From an uncultured Treponema sp. (GTDB lineage Bacteria > Spirochaetota > Spirochaetia > Treponematales > Treponemataceae), in the NCBI GenBank assembly GCA_945915085.1, contig CAMEET010000001.1, forward strand, positions 1 to 63,285: a DNA stretch of 63,285 nt, in the 5' to 3' direction. The number at the start of each line of letters is the position of its first letter. The stretch's first letter is position 1. The notes below the pieces were generated by a model. It made no database searches. It was not told the DNA's origin and was given only the letters and a program-made list of their open reading frames with translations. The position numbers and the translations under genes were made by a program. Shown one piece after another: positions 50,238 through 60,607 of this stretch.

Positions 50238-51295
50238 TAGAGTTTGTTTCCTAAATAGATTCCGGCCCATTCCCAGTTTCCATGAATATCAGGATCTACA
50301 GGAAAATCAATTTTTCTAAAATAAAAATAGAAAATTGGAACGTAAGTATTCCATCCCCAAGTGCGCAAATATGCTTCATTCGGATTCGAAGCTTCGTCTA
50401 GAGTTTCGCTGTATCTTATTCGTTTTCCCCTTGCCCAAGAAGCCATCGGAGTGTCTTCCTGAGAGTTTGCATCATTTTCATCCTGTTTCCACGACATTGT
50501 GAAAAAGTTTACTTTTGCTTTATATTTATCAAGCGTTTTCCAATCATAATTTCTGATAGCACGTTTTACGGCAGCTTCCAAAGCCGGCAGGCTCTCGAAA
50601 GTCCAATCTTTTGAAGAATTATTAAAATCCACAAGATGACGCGCTGTTTTGTAGGCATCAGGTTCACCTGGAATCTGAATTGTTGTTGCATCAGGCTGCT
50701 GTAAAAAAAGCGAATATGTTTTCAAAGCCTGATCCCATTGACTGTCATTTTCATATTCCAAAGCAAGACGTAAATATAATTCAGTGATGTTGACGTTACT
50801 GGAAAATCTGTTTATCAATTCATTTAAATATTTAATTCTGTGCGCTGGCGTTTTACTAATCTGAATTAAATTCTGTAGACACATAAAGTGAACTGAATTT
50901 CCTTTTACAAGTAAATCCTGACATTGATTTAAAATCCTGTCAAAATAATATTCAGCAACAGGCTCGGCACCAATCGAAAGATATGCGTATGCAGTCATCA
51001 AAAGCCAGTATGAATTGTACATATCATCAGGATTGTTTTCTACCCAATCAGTTAAAAAAAGGATTACCTCCTGATAATCTTTTGTTGCAAGAAGATTGTT
51101 TGCCATCTGATTTATGATTGAATACCGTTGTTTTTCGTTTAAGGTTTGAGTTTCCAAAATTAGCTGCAGTTCCTGCTGGTTGTCATTAAGTTTTCTTTGA
51201 TTTTCTTCTATTATAGTGTTCCGATTGCAGGAAAGAATCAATGAAAGTGAAATCGCAAATAAAACCTGTAGAAATATATTTTTCGAAGAATTCAT
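50237..51295 (-). CDS. TPR-like lipoprotein
   Basis: Lipobox ILSC, helical TPR-like repeats. Confidence 0.7.
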   Translation of the reverse strand: MNSSKNIFLQVLFAISLSLILSCNRNTIIEENQRKLNDNQQELQLILETQTLNEKQRYSIINQMANNLLATKDYQEVILFLTDWVENNPDDMYNSYWLLMTAYAYLSIGAEPVAEYYFDRILNQCQDLLVKGNSVHFMCLQNLIQISKTPAHRIKYLNELINRFSSNVNITELYLRLALEYENDSQWDQALKTYSLFLQQPDATTIQIPGEPDAYKTARHLVDFNNSSKDWTFESLPALEAAVKRAIRNYDWKTLDKYKAKVNFFTMSWKQDENDANSQEDTPMASWARGKRIRYSETLDEASNPNEAYLRTWGWNTYVPIFYFYFRKIDFPVDPDIHGNWEWAGIYLGNKL

Positions 51296-51406
51296 AAAAT
51301 TGAATTTATCATAGACATAAGTTATTGTAAAGATTAATTTTTCCTTGTATTATATAATATTAGAAATAATTTATAAAATTGGCGGTTTTCTGCATATATT
51401 CACGGA

Positions 51407-52075
51407 TTGTGCAGAAATATAGACATAAAAATACCTTTGTTTCATTTGCTTATGGAAGAAAAAAGAAAGTCACTGTTATTAAATTTTTTAATCCCAAGTG
51501 CAATTACTCTCTTTGTTGTATGTTCAGTTTTTGCAATGCTTGTAACACCACCAAAATTCATAGAAATTCTTTTTGTCGTTTTTCTGATTTCGCAGGTGGT
51601 TTTGGGCATATTGATTATTATTTTTTCACTTAAAATAACAAAAAGAGCGACACATTTTTTTGTAGGACTTTTGATTTTGTTTTGGGGATTACTGCAGATT
51701 TTTTCCAAATACAATCCACTTTTTTCACTAAAAGAATTGTGGCCTGTTTACACTTGCACCGCTGGAATTACACTTTTCATTTCTGGTTTTTATAAATACA
51801 AAAAAATAAAATTCGGATACTTTTTTCCGGCTGCAACACTTTTTTTTATGGGAATTTGGTTTTCACTTTTTACTTTCAAAATAATTAAAAAAACTTTTAT
51901 GGAAGTTGTGAGTTTTTTTGGACCGATTTTTGGAGCTATTCTTGTAGTTTTACTTGTTATATTCTTTTTGCTTCAACGAAAACATAAAGAACTAATAGTA
52001 ATGGATGAAGAAACTGGAACTTTTTCTGATGAAGAAGATGCTTTTATGGATATAGAAAATAATGGTGATAAATAA
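51407..52075 (+). CDS. Multi-pass membrane protein
   Basis: About 6 TM segments and an acidic tail. Start may be 51452. Confidence 0.7.
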   Translation: MCRNIDIKIPLFHLLMEEKRKSLLLNFLIPSAITLFVVCSVFAMLVTPPKFIEILFVVFLISQVVLGILIIIFSLKITKRATHFFVGLLILFWGLLQIFSKYNPLFSLKELWPVYTCTAGITLFISGFYKYKKIKFGYFFPAATLFFMGIWFSLFTFKIIKKTFMEVVSFFGPIFGAILVVLLVIFFLLQRKHKELIVMDEETGTFSDEEDAFMDIENNGDK

Positions 52076-52092
52076 CCGCATTTAATATTTGG

Positions 52093-53916
52093 GTGCTAGA
52101 TTTGACCAAAAATGTTTTGAAAAAATTGTTTTTTCTCATTTTGATGATTGTCCTTTTGGGCAGTGAGGTTTTTTGCGCCTCCAAAAAAACAAAGAAAAAA
52201 TCAAAAAAAACAGAACAGAATGCGGAAGTTCAACAGGAACAGGAAAATAAAGAAAATATCGAGTTAATTAATGAAGAAATTATTGATGGGCAGGCTGTAA
52301 AACTTCCTGCACAAAAGAGAACTTTTTTTTATAAAATTGATGAACAAATTGTTAAGGAAGTCGAAAACGGCTCTCCAGAATCATTGAAAAATGCAATGCA
52401 GTTGATAAAAAAATCTTCGGAAGAATATGAAGAAAATGAAAAAGTTTTGATTTCCATTGCAGTTCAAATCATGAAAATTGTGTGGCCTTCTCAAAAAATT
52501 ACTTGGGAACAGCCTGTAACTGATATTGAAAATCCTTATATCGGTGCAATAAATTCAGCAAAACAGGGAGTTTTTGATTCTAGTACTGGCGATGTGGATT
52601 TTCTCTCCACAATTTTGCCTGCTTTAGTGCTTTTGAGTCCAGTTATTGCACAATCAAAAGAAATCAATAATACAAATCAAGAAATTTTGGAAAACTGTCG
52701 GAATGCAATTCAAAAAGCAATGGAAGTAAATCAGAATTCTGTTTTGGCGCATTATCTTATGGGAGTACTTTTACAAAAACAGGAAAAATATAATGAAGCA
52801 CTTGCATTTTTGAAATTTGCTTATGATTCGTCTCCCAAAACAGAAGAAATTCTTTTGTGTTACAGCAATCTTTTGTATAAAACTGGAAATTTAGAATCAG
52901 CACAAAAAATAGCTGATGAACTTGACCCTCAGAATTTAAATATTCAGGTGTTAAAACAAAAAGCCTATATTGCCTTTGAATTAAAAGATTATGACAGTGC
53001 GGAACTTCTGGTTGCCCGAGTTTTGCAGCAGAATCCTAATGACCTTGATTTTCTTTTATTTCGTGCAAAAATTCTTGTAGAAAAAAATGATTATATCAGA
53101 GCTGTTTCGCTTTTGGATGTTTATGCCCGTCAAAATGATACATCTTTGGATTATTTGATTTTGCGAGCGAGAATTCAACTTGACTGGAGTAAAAATACAA
53201 CAGCGGCAACTGAAACAATTGAAAAGGCACTTCAACTCTATCCAGAAGAAACTCAAGTTTTGATGATTGCAGCAAAAATTTCTTCTATTACAGATTCTCC
53301 AGTTGCAGGAAAATATGCTGATCAGCTTACTGAAAAAGTTCTGCAAAAAGAACCAGATAATATAGAAGCAATGGTTTATTCGTTAAATGCTCTGATTCAA
53401 CGCGAAAACTGGAATGATTCGTATAAAATTTGCTGTAAAATAATAGAAACAGAAAAATATCCTGTAGAAATAGTTGGAAAATTTGTCCAGATTTGCTTGA
53501 GACTTGGAAAAAATAATGAAGCTTTTGATTTTGCTAAATCTCAACTTGTAAAATATCCAGATGATGAAACAGTTCTGCAGGCGTATGTTTTTGCTTATTC
53601 AAAGGTTGGTAACCGTGATGCTGTTATAAAATATATTGATTCCCTTTTGGCACAGGCAAATCAAAAAATGAAAAGTTACCTTTTTTATGTAAGAAGTTTT
53701 CTGCAGGTTTCGGAGGAAAAATCACTGGCAGATTTGCGTTCAAGTTTGAGTATGAATCCGCGCAACAGTGATTCCCTTTTCAGATTGTATGAAATTTATT
53801 TTGAAAAACAGGATTACAGAAAAGCGCAGTATTATTTGCGACAGGTAGTTGCAATTAATCCTAACAACAATTCACTAAAAAAATTGAACGAAGCTTTGAC
53901 CAAAATGGTTCCGTAA
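52093..53916 (+). CDS. Exported tetratricopeptide repeat protein
   Basis: Signal peptide, repeated A...NP/YP TPR motifs. Confidence 0.82.
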   Translation: MLDLTKNVLKKLFFLILMIVLLGSEVFCASKKTKKKSKKTEQNAEVQQEQENKENIELINEEIIDGQAVKLPAQKRTFFYKIDEQIVKEVENGSPESLKNAMQLIKKSSEEYEENEKVLISIAVQIMKIVWPSQKITWEQPVTDIENPYIGAINSAKQGVFDSSTGDVDFLSTILPALVLLSPVIAQSKEINNTNQEILENCRNAIQKAMEVNQNSVLAHYLMGVLLQKQEKYNEALAFLKFAYDSSPKTEEILLCYSNLLYKTGNLESAQKIADELDPQNLNIQVLKQKAYIAFELKDYDSAELLVARVLQQNPNDLDFLLFRAKILVEKNDYIRAVSLLDVYARQNDTSLDYLILRARIQLDWSKNTTAATETIEKALQLYPEETQVLMIAAKISSITDSPVAGKYADQLTEKVLQKEPDNIEAMVYSLNALIQRENWNDSYKICCKIIETEKYPVEIVGKFVQICLRLGKNNEAFDFAKSQLVKYPDDETVLQAYVFAYSKVGNRDAVIKYIDSLLAQANQKMKSYLFYVRSFLQVSEEKSLADLRSSLSMNPRNSDSLFRLYEIYFEKQDYRKAQYYLRQVVAINPNNNSLKKLNEALTKMVP

Positions 53917-54073
53917 AAAGTTTATTTCCCGCTCAGCCACTCAGAATAAATTGATTTTATCTTTTTATATCTTACAAAAAAAATATATAAAACATAAATA
54001 TTTCATTGAAAACTATTATCAATAATGATATAATGATAGAACTGATTTTATAATCAAATTTTAAAACTCTAGG

Positions 54074-54547
54074 ATGGAAAAGTATATGACATTTATCCCA
54101 TTTTTGCAGGCTGCCGGTTCTGCACCTTCTGCTTCAGGCTCCCTGCTTGGAACTTTGTTTCCATTTTTATTAATCATCGTTATTTTCTATTTCTTTTTAA
54201 TTCGTCCACAGAATAAAAAGCAAAAAGAAACAGAAAAAATGCTTAATGCACTTAAAAAAGGTGATAAAGTTATTACAATTGGTGGAATTCACGGTGTGGT
54301 TTCATCAGTAAAAGAAAAAACTGTAATCGTAAAAGTTGATGATGATTGCAAAATTGAATTCAACCGCACAGCTATTTCAAGTGTTGAATTAACAGAAGCA
54401 GAAAAAGCAAAACTTGCTGAAGAAGCTGCTAAAAAATCAACTAAAAAAAATAAGAAACTAGAAGTAAAAGAAGAGGCTAAAGAAGAAGTTAAAGAAGAAA
54501 AAAACGAAACTTCTGAAGCTGAATCTGTAACTTCAGAAAATAAATAA
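54074..54547 (+). CDS. yajC: Preprotein translocase subunit YajC
   Basis: FYFFLIRPQ, LKKGDKVITIGGIHG. Confidence 0.95.
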   Translation: MEKYMTFIPFLQAAGSAPSASGSLLGTLFPFLLIIVIFYFFLIRPQNKKQKETEKMLNALKKGDKVITIGGIHGVVSSVKEKTVIVKVDDDCKIEFNRTAISSVELTEAEKAKLAEEAAKKSTKKNKKLEVKEEAKEEVKEEKNETSEAESVTSENK

Positions 54548-54568
54548 AAAAATTCGGAGTAACAAAAA

Positions 54569-56314
54569 ATGAACAAACGAACTCGTTTAGTAGTTCTTCT
54601 TGTTGTATTGGCACTTTGTTTTGTTTTTTTGTGGCCTTCAATCAGTTGGTATGCAAGAACACCAAAGGAAATGCAACAGCTGGCTCTAGGTTCCACAGAA
54701 AATATCAAAACTTATGCAGAACTTATGGCAGCGGAAGATGTACGTGAAATCAAATCTTTGCTTGCTGAGGATTCGGGTGCACTTCTTCCAGAAGACAAAG
54801 CATGGATAAAAAAGGATGTTAAAGCACGTTACAAAGTTCTGGACAAAAAAGTTCCTTCTGCTTTGACTTTGACAGATGTAGTTTCTGCTTATGACAGCGA
54901 ACTTGAATTTATGAATGTTTTTCAGACTCGCTATCGTGATCAGATTTTAAAGGCAAAAAAATATTACGAAAATTCTGTAAAACTTGGTCTTGATTTGTCT
55001 GGCGGTATGAATATTATCGTTAAGGCAGATTTGGATGCAGCTGTAACTTCAATGGGAGATCAGGTTACTTCTGAAAACACAGCAGAATTCAAAAAAGAAG
55101 CAATGGCTAATGCTATTGAAAATCTTTCAAGCAGAATTGATAAATTTGGTCTTACTTCTCCTGTGATTCGACAGCAGGGCGATGACAGAATTTATATTGA
55201 AATTCCTGGTGCTGCACAGGCAGATGCAATCAATACTTTGATTATGGGTAAAGGTATTTTGAATTTCCGTCTTGTTGATGACAGTGCAACTGCTGCTTTC
55301 AAGAGTTATTATGCACAGCATCCTGCTACAACTTTCAATGCTGCTGGTGAATTGATGGATTCTTCCATTATACCAGAAGATTGTGAAGTTTTTGGCGTTT
55401 ATACAAAAGATGAATATGGTCTTGATGAACGCGTTGACTGGCTTGTTGTAAAGAAAGAAATTGCACTTGATGGTCAGCACGTAAAATCTGCTGAAGTTCG
55501 GGCAGATGAATTTACAAATCAACCTGAAGTTTGTTTTAATCTTGACAATGAAGGTGCTCAGATTTTTGCTGATTTCACAAGTGCTCATGTTGGCGAAAAC
55601 CTTGCAATTGTAAGCGATAATAAAGTTAAATCAAATGCAAGAATTCAAAGTGCAATTACAGGTGGTTCAGTTTCACTTTCTGGTGGCTTTAGCTATGATG
55701 AAGCAAATAATATCAAGAAAGTGCTTCAAACAGCATGGTTAAACGTTCCTCTCGAAGTGGAAAGTCAGCAGGTTATTGGTGCATCTTTGGGTGAACAGGC
55801 AATCAAACAGGGTGTGATGGCAATTATTTTGGGCTTGAGTTTGATTTTGATTTTCATGTTAATTTTCTATAAAGCATCGGGAATCAATGCAGTTGTTGCA
55901 CAGATTTTGAACCTTTACATCATGTTCTCAGTTCTTTCTGCATTCAATCTTACACTTACACTTTCTTCTATTGCAGGTATGATTTTGACAATTGGTATGG
56001 CAGTAGACGCAAATGTTTTGATTTTTGAACGAATTAAAGAAGAATTGCGACAAGGAAAGAGTCGTCCAGCTGCTATTTCAATGGGTTTTGATAATGCTTT
56101 CTGGGCTATTATGGACTCTAACATCACAACATTTATTGCTGCAATTTTCTTAAGTCAGCTTGGAACTGGTTCTATTCAGGGATTTGCTGTTTCTCTTGCA
56201 ATAGGTGTTTGTTCTTCTGTATTTACTGCTTTGTTTGTTTCAAGATTAATGTTCGATTTTGATACAGATGTATTACACGCAAAAAAAGTTAGTATTGGTT
56301 GGGGGATTAAATAA
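54569..56314 (+). CDS. secD: Protein translocase subunit SecD
   Basis: KLGLDLSGG, IGASLG, IGMAVDANVLIFERIKEE, DSNITT. Confidence 0.96.
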   Translation: MNKRTRLVVLLVVLALCFVFLWPSISWYARTPKEMQQLALGSTENIKTYAELMAAEDVREIKSLLAEDSGALLPEDKAWIKKDVKARYKVLDKKVPSALTLTDVVSAYDSELEFMNVFQTRYRDQILKAKKYYENSVKLGLDLSGGMNIIVKADLDAAVTSMGDQVTSENTAEFKKEAMANAIENLSSRIDKFGLTSPVIRQQGDDRIYIEIPGAAQADAINTLIMGKGILNFRLVDDSATAAFKSYYAQHPATTFNAAGELMDSSIIPEDCEVFGVYTKDEYGLDERVDWLVVKKEIALDGQHVKSAEVRADEFTNQPEVCFNLDNEGAQIFADFTSAHVGENLAIVSDNKVKSNARIQSAITGGSVSLSGGFSYDEANNIKKVLQTAWLNVPLEVESQQVIGASLGEQAIKQGVMAIILGLSLILIFMLIFYKASGINAVVAQILNLYIMFSVLSAFNLTLTLSSIAGMILTIGMAVDANVLIFERIKEELRQGKSRPAAISMGFDNAFWAIMDSNITTFIAAIFLSQLGTGSIQGFAVSLAIGVCSSVFTALFVSRLMFDFDTDVLHAKKVSIGWGIK

Positions 56315-57519
56315 TGAAAAGAACTATGAGTTTTAATAAAGGTTTTATCCCATGTACAATCATCAGTGCTGTAATTATTCTTTTTGGAATTATAGGATTT
56401 TTTACAAAAGGAATTAATTTTGGTCTGGATTTTAAACCTGGTTTAATAGAAGAAGTTCGTGTTGCTGAACCAGTTGCAGAAATCACTTATGACGGTGCTG
56501 CAAAAATTGCTTTGGATTTATCAGCAGGACAGATGGATTTGGTTATCACAGGAACAAGTGCAAATAATGAAACCCGTTCATTTAATTTTGCAGTTTATAA
56601 TACTGTAGCTTCGCTGGCTGATGAAGTGAGCAAAGTTGATGGTGTGAAAATGACTGTAAAAAATGGTTCTTATGATACTACAAAATTGTTTTTGAACTCT
56701 GCAGTTTCTACAGTTCTTTCAAATGAACCGCTTTATGTTTATCCTGCTGGAACTTCTGAAATCACAACCGATGATATTCGTGAAGCTTTAGGTGAAGACA
56801 ATATTGCAATCAAACAGCTTGGTTCTGGTGCTGATGCTTCTTACCAGATTCGCATGGGTATTAATGAAGGTGATGCACAGAATGAACTCCAATCTTCTGT
56901 GAATGAAAAACTTTACAGCAAGTTTGGAAAAGAAAATGTTGCAATCGTTAAAACTGATTTTATTGGTTCAGGTATGTCAAAATCAACAACACGAAAATCT
57001 ATCGTGATGTTTATTTGTGTTATCGTTTTGATTTGGGCTTATGCTGCAATTCGTTTCCATTGGGATTTTGCTTTGGGTTCTGTAATTGCTTTGCTTCATG
57101 ATGTTTTGATTATGCTTACATTTATTACATGGTCAGGAATGGAATTTTCAGTTACAGTATTGGCTGCAGTTCTTACAATCGTAGGTTACTCAATCAATGC
57201 TACTGTAGTTATTCTGGATAGAATCCGCTACAACTTGAAGATTATGACTGAAGCTAAAAATTTCAAAACAATTTTGAACAAGTCTTTGTCTGATACATTT
57301 ACTCGTTCAGTTTTGACAACTGTAACTACTTTGTTTGCAGTTCTTTCACTTTTCATATTCACAACTGGTTCAATCAAAGATTTCTCTTTGGCTTTGATTG
57401 TTGGTTTGATTAGCGGTATGTATTCTTCAATATTTATTTCAAGTGCTTTCATTAGTCTTTCAAGAAGAAACTGGAAACCTGAATATGGTGTACATCATTC
57501 ATTGAAAAATGCTGAATAA
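56314..57519 (+). CDS. secF: Protein translocase subunit SecF
   Basis: NFGLDF, ALLHDV, GYSIN.TVVI.DRIR. Confidence 0.95.
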   Translation: MKRTMSFNKGFIPCTIISAVIILFGIIGFFTKGINFGLDFKPGLIEEVRVAEPVAEITYDGAAKIALDLSAGQMDLVITGTSANNETRSFNFAVYNTVASLADEVSKVDGVKMTVKNGSYDTTKLFLNSAVSTVLSNEPLYVYPAGTSEITTDDIREALGEDNIAIKQLGSGADASYQIRMGINEGDAQNELQSSVNEKLYSKFGKENVAIVKTDFIGSGMSKSTTRKSIVMFICVIVLIWAYAAIRFHWDFALGSVIALLHDVLIMLTFITWSGMEFSVTVLAAVLTIVGYSINATVVILDRIRYNLKIMTEAKNFKTILNKSLSDTFTRSVLTTVTTLFAVLSLFIFTTGSIKDFSLALIVGLISGMYSSIFISSAFISLSRRNWKPEYGVHHSLKNAE

Positions 57520-57540
57520 ATACAACATTTGAAAATTATT

Positions 57541-57577
57541 GGCTGCTGAATCTTTAAGGTTTGGCAGCCTTTTTTTT
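57541..57577 (+). terminator. Terminator after secF
   Basis: GGCTGC...GCAGCC plus T tract. Confidence 0.8.
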
Positions 57578-57596
57578 ACTCAGAACAATATTAGTT

Positions 57597-57757
57597 TAAA
57601 CTGAGGTCTGTCCCTGGCTTGTGTTATTAATTGTCACACCAAAAAAACTATAGTTAACACAAGCCACGAGTTTTGGCAGCTTATTAAGTACATTAAAAAA
57701 AAGTTTTATATCAGCCAAAACTCAGGTAAAATTTTGTTTAAAACAAGGTCTGTTCCT
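57597..57757 (-). repeat. Intergenic repeat family E copy 2, with internal inverted repeats
   Basis: AGGTCTGTCCC at 57604, 12-bp IR TGGCTTGTGTTA/TAACACAAGCCA, 10-bp IR GAGTTTTGGC/GCCAAAACTC. Matches 174-260. Confidence 0.75.
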
Positions 57758-57796
57758 CTTTTTGACCTTTTTGGATGGTTATGTTAATATTGCATT

Positions 57797-58657
57797 ATGG
57801 AAATATTGTTTGCTAATGTGATGGGATTTTGTTTTGGTGTGCGAAGAGCAGTGGAGCTTGCACAAAAATCCCTGAATGAAAATAACGGAAAAAAAGTTTA
57901 TTCTCTGGGACCTTTAATTCATAATGAAAAGGTTTTATCTGCGCTTAAAGAAAAAGGACTAAATATAATAGAAGAAAATGAAATACAGAAAATAGAAAGC
58001 GAAAGTGTTGTGATTATTAGGGCGCATGGAGTAGCTCCTGATATTATAAGAAATTTGGAAGAAAAAAATTGTGTAATTGTAGATGCAACTTGTCCAAGAG
58101 TAAAAGCCAGTCAAAAAATGGTGGAACGTTATTCTGCTGAAGATGATTTTGTTATTTTGACTGGTGATAAAAATCATGGTGAAGTGATTGGAATCGCAGG
58201 TTATGCAGGTAAAAATTTTGCATTAATTCAAGATTTGAAAGAAGCTATGGAGATTGATTTTGATGGTTTATCTCAAAAAAACATTATTCTGTTAAGTCAG
58301 ACAACTTTTAGTCCTGTTGAATTTGAAAAAATAGAAAATGTTTTTAAAAATAAGTTTACAAATCTTGCAGTTATGAATACTATTTGCCCGGCAACAAATG
58401 AAAGACAGAATGCTCTTTTGGAATTATGTAAAAAGGTTGATGGAGTTCTCGTGATTGGTGGGAAGAATTCTGCTAATACAAAACGCCTTTTTCAAACAGC
58501 TTTAAAAAATTGCAGGGCTGCTGCACATATTCAAAGTAAAAATGATATTCCTGCTGATTTTTTTAAGATGGAAAAGGTTGGAATTACTGCTGGTGCAAGC
58601 ACACCTGATGAGATTATTATGGATGTTAAAAACAAACTTTGTAATTATGATGAATAA
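57797..58657 (+). CDS. ispH: 4-hydroxy-3-methylbut-2-enyl diphosphate reductase
   Basis: GFCFGV, IHN, RAHG, DATCP, SQTT, TICPAT, NSANT, TAGASTP. Confidence 0.96.
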   Translation: MEILFANVMGFCFGVRRAVELAQKSLNENNGKKVYSLGPLIHNEKVLSALKEKGLNIIEENEIQKIESESVVIIRAHGVAPDIIRNLEEKNCVIVDATCPRVKASQKMVERYSAEDDFVILTGDKNHGEVIGIAGYAGKNFALIQDLKEAMEIDFDGLSQKNIILLSQTTFSPVEFEKIENVFKNKFTNLAVMNTICPATNERQNALLELCKKVDGVLVIGGKNSANTKRLFQTALKNCRAAAHIQSKNDIPADFFKMEKVGITAGASTPDEIIMDVKNKLCNYDE

Positions 58658-58710
58658 GATAAAAAATTGATGAGAAAAGTTTCAAAAAAACTTGAGACTG
58701 ATTTTGCCTG

Positions 58711-58856
58711 TTCGCCAGTTGACTGTGGTTGCGAAGCAACATTCTGCAGGGTTTTAATTTGCACAGCGTACCAGAGCTGTAGCTGGCGTGCGTTAGCACG
58801 AGTCCGACAGGACTGGAGCGATAGCGGAACAGCGAAAGGTCTGTTGGAAAACTGCA
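58711..58856 (+). repeat. Structured intergenic repeat family D copy 1 (candidate ncRNA)
   Basis: TTCGCCAGTTG..TGCAGGGTTT..TGCACAGCG..GAGC..AGCGATAGCGGA..AAGG..AACTG, shared with 62999-63125. Confidence 0.8.
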
Positions 58857-58923
58857 CTTTGCTGAAAAAATTAAAAAAATGTCGTATTGAAAAAAAAACT
58901 TTCTTTGTATATAATAAAGTGTT

Positions 58924-59367
58924 ATGAGTAGATGTTTTGCAATGTTAAAACCAGGTGTAGTTAATAGACGTCTGGTGGGCGAGGTTATTTCTCGTTTGGA
59001 AAAGAAAGGTTTAAAAATTGTAGGTCTTAAGTTGGTTCATCCTTCTAAAGAATTGGCTAGTGCACATTATGCTGAACATGAAAGCAAACCGTTTTTTGGA
59101 GAATTGGTTGATTATTTGAGTTCTGGACCTGTTGTAGCAATGGTTTTACAGGCTGATGACTGTGTTGTTTTGACTAGAAAACTTGTTGGTAAAACTAAAC
59201 CATCTGAAGCAGAACCTGGTACTATTCGTGGAGATTATTGTACACACACAAACAGGAATATTATCCATGCTTCTGATAGTGATGAAAGTGCTGAAAGAGA
59301 AATCAAGCTTTGGTTTAAGGACGAAGAAATTTTTGACTGGCAGGATTGTGAAGCTGGTTGTTATTAA
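58924..59367 (+). CDS. ndk: Nucleoside diphosphate kinase
   Basis: KP..V.R.LVGE, HY.EH..KPFF, PGTIRGD, NIIHASDS. Confidence 0.96.
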   Translation: MSRCFAMLKPGVVNRRLVGEVISRLEKKGLKIVGLKLVHPSKELASAHYAEHESKPFFGELVDYLSSGPVVAMVLQADDCVVLTRKLVGKTKPSEAEPGTIRGDYCTHTNRNIIHASDSDESAEREIKLWFKDEEIFDWQDCEAGCY

Positions 59368-59399
59368 TTTTTATATCTTTTTTTAATTATTTGTATCTT

Positions 59400-59436
59400 A
59401 AAAGTCAACTTGCGGTTTGTTAAGTTGACTTTTTTT
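59400..59436 (+). terminator. Terminator after ndk
   Basis: AAAAGTCAACTT...AAGTTGACTTTTTTT. Confidence 0.8.
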
Positions 59437-59470
59437 ACATTTTTTTGTACGCAGTGGGGTAATTTGTAAT

Positions 59471-60520
59471 ATGGAAAGTAAATCTGTTGGAGTGATTGGC
59501 GGTGGTGCATGGGGAACTGGTTTAGCTCAGGCATTGGCTCGTGGAAATCACAAGGTTCAGATATGGGCTTTGGAAGATGAAGTCGTTTCTTCTATTAATA
59601 ATGAGCATGAAAACAAGAAGTTTTTGCCAGGTTATAAATTATCTGATTCAATTAAATGTTCAAATGATATTTGTGAAGTTGCAAAAGATAAGGAGTTTTT
59701 GATTATTGCTTCTCCTTCAATTTTTTTGGCAAAAACTCTTGAAAAAATTGTGAATGTTCCTAACATTGCTGATGGTTCTACTGTGATTACGGCTGTTACA
59801 AAAGGTTTTGTTCCTTCTGTAAGCGGTCCTAAACTTATTTTGGAAACAATGGAAGAAGTTCTTCCTGAAATATATAAAGATTGCACAGTTTATGTGGCAG
59901 GTCCATCTCATGCCGAAGAAGTTGCTATGGGTAAACTTACTGGACTTGTGGCAGCATCTTTGAATCCAAAGAATTCTATTCGCGTACGTGAACTTTTGAA
60001 AGTTCCAGGTCTTATGGTTTATTCTAGTTTTGACGTGATTGGTGTTCAGATTTGTGCTGCTGCTAAAAATGTTATTGCTTGTGTTTATGGTGCTTTGGAT
60101 GCACTTGCTGAAACTTCCGATAAATTCGGTGATAATACGGAAAGTCTTGTTATGGCTGCAGGTCTGAATGAAATTCAAACTTTGGGTTTTGCAATGGGTG
60201 CAACTCACGCTGAAACTTTTACTTCGATTTCTGGTGTGGGCGATTTGGATGTAACTTGTAAATCTAAATATGGTCGGAACAGGCGTTTTGGACAAGATTT
60301 GATAAAAACTGATATGCTTTCTAAATTTAAAGATATTGATGATTTGATTGCCAATGTTGGAAAAATTGGATATCTTCCTGAAGGTGCAATTGCATGTAAA
60401 TATGTTCATGAAATATCTGTGAAAAAGGATTTGAAACTTCCGCTTTGTAATGCTCTTTACAAAATTTTGAATAAAGAAAGTACTGTTGAACAAATGTTGA
60501 CAGGATTGCAAAATCTGTAG
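59471..60520 (+). CDS. gpsA: NAD(P)H-dependent glycerol-3-phosphate dehydrogenase
   Basis: GGGAWGT, TKG, GPSHAEEV, AAKNV, GVGDL..TC.S..GRNRRFG. Confidence 0.94.
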   Translation: MESKSVGVIGGGAWGTGLAQALARGNHKVQIWALEDEVVSSINNEHENKKFLPGYKLSDSIKCSNDICEVAKDKEFLIIASPSIFLAKTLEKIVNVPNIADGSTVITAVTKGFVPSVSGPKLILETMEEVLPEIYKDCTVYVAGPSHAEEVAMGKLTGLVAASLNPKNSIRVRELLKVPGLMVYSSFDVIGVQICAAAKNVIACVYGALDALAETSDKFGDNTESLVMAAGLNEIQTLGFAMGATHAETFTSISGVGDLDVTCKSKYGRNRRFGQDLIKTDMLSKFKDIDDLIANVGKIGYLPEGAIACKYVHEISVKKDLKLPLCNALYKILNKESTVEQMLTGLQNL

Positions 60521-60607
60521 TTTAAAATTATGAAAATCTGCAATCGATTTGTGTTTTACGATTGTCAGAAATTTATGGATAACAGATTTATTTTGGAGAT
60601 TTGATAA

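Noticed and set aside
59717-60511. 264-aa antisense ORF
   Set aside because: It is the shadow of gpsA on the opposite strand with no recognisable motifs. The same applies to the many shorter antisense ORFs
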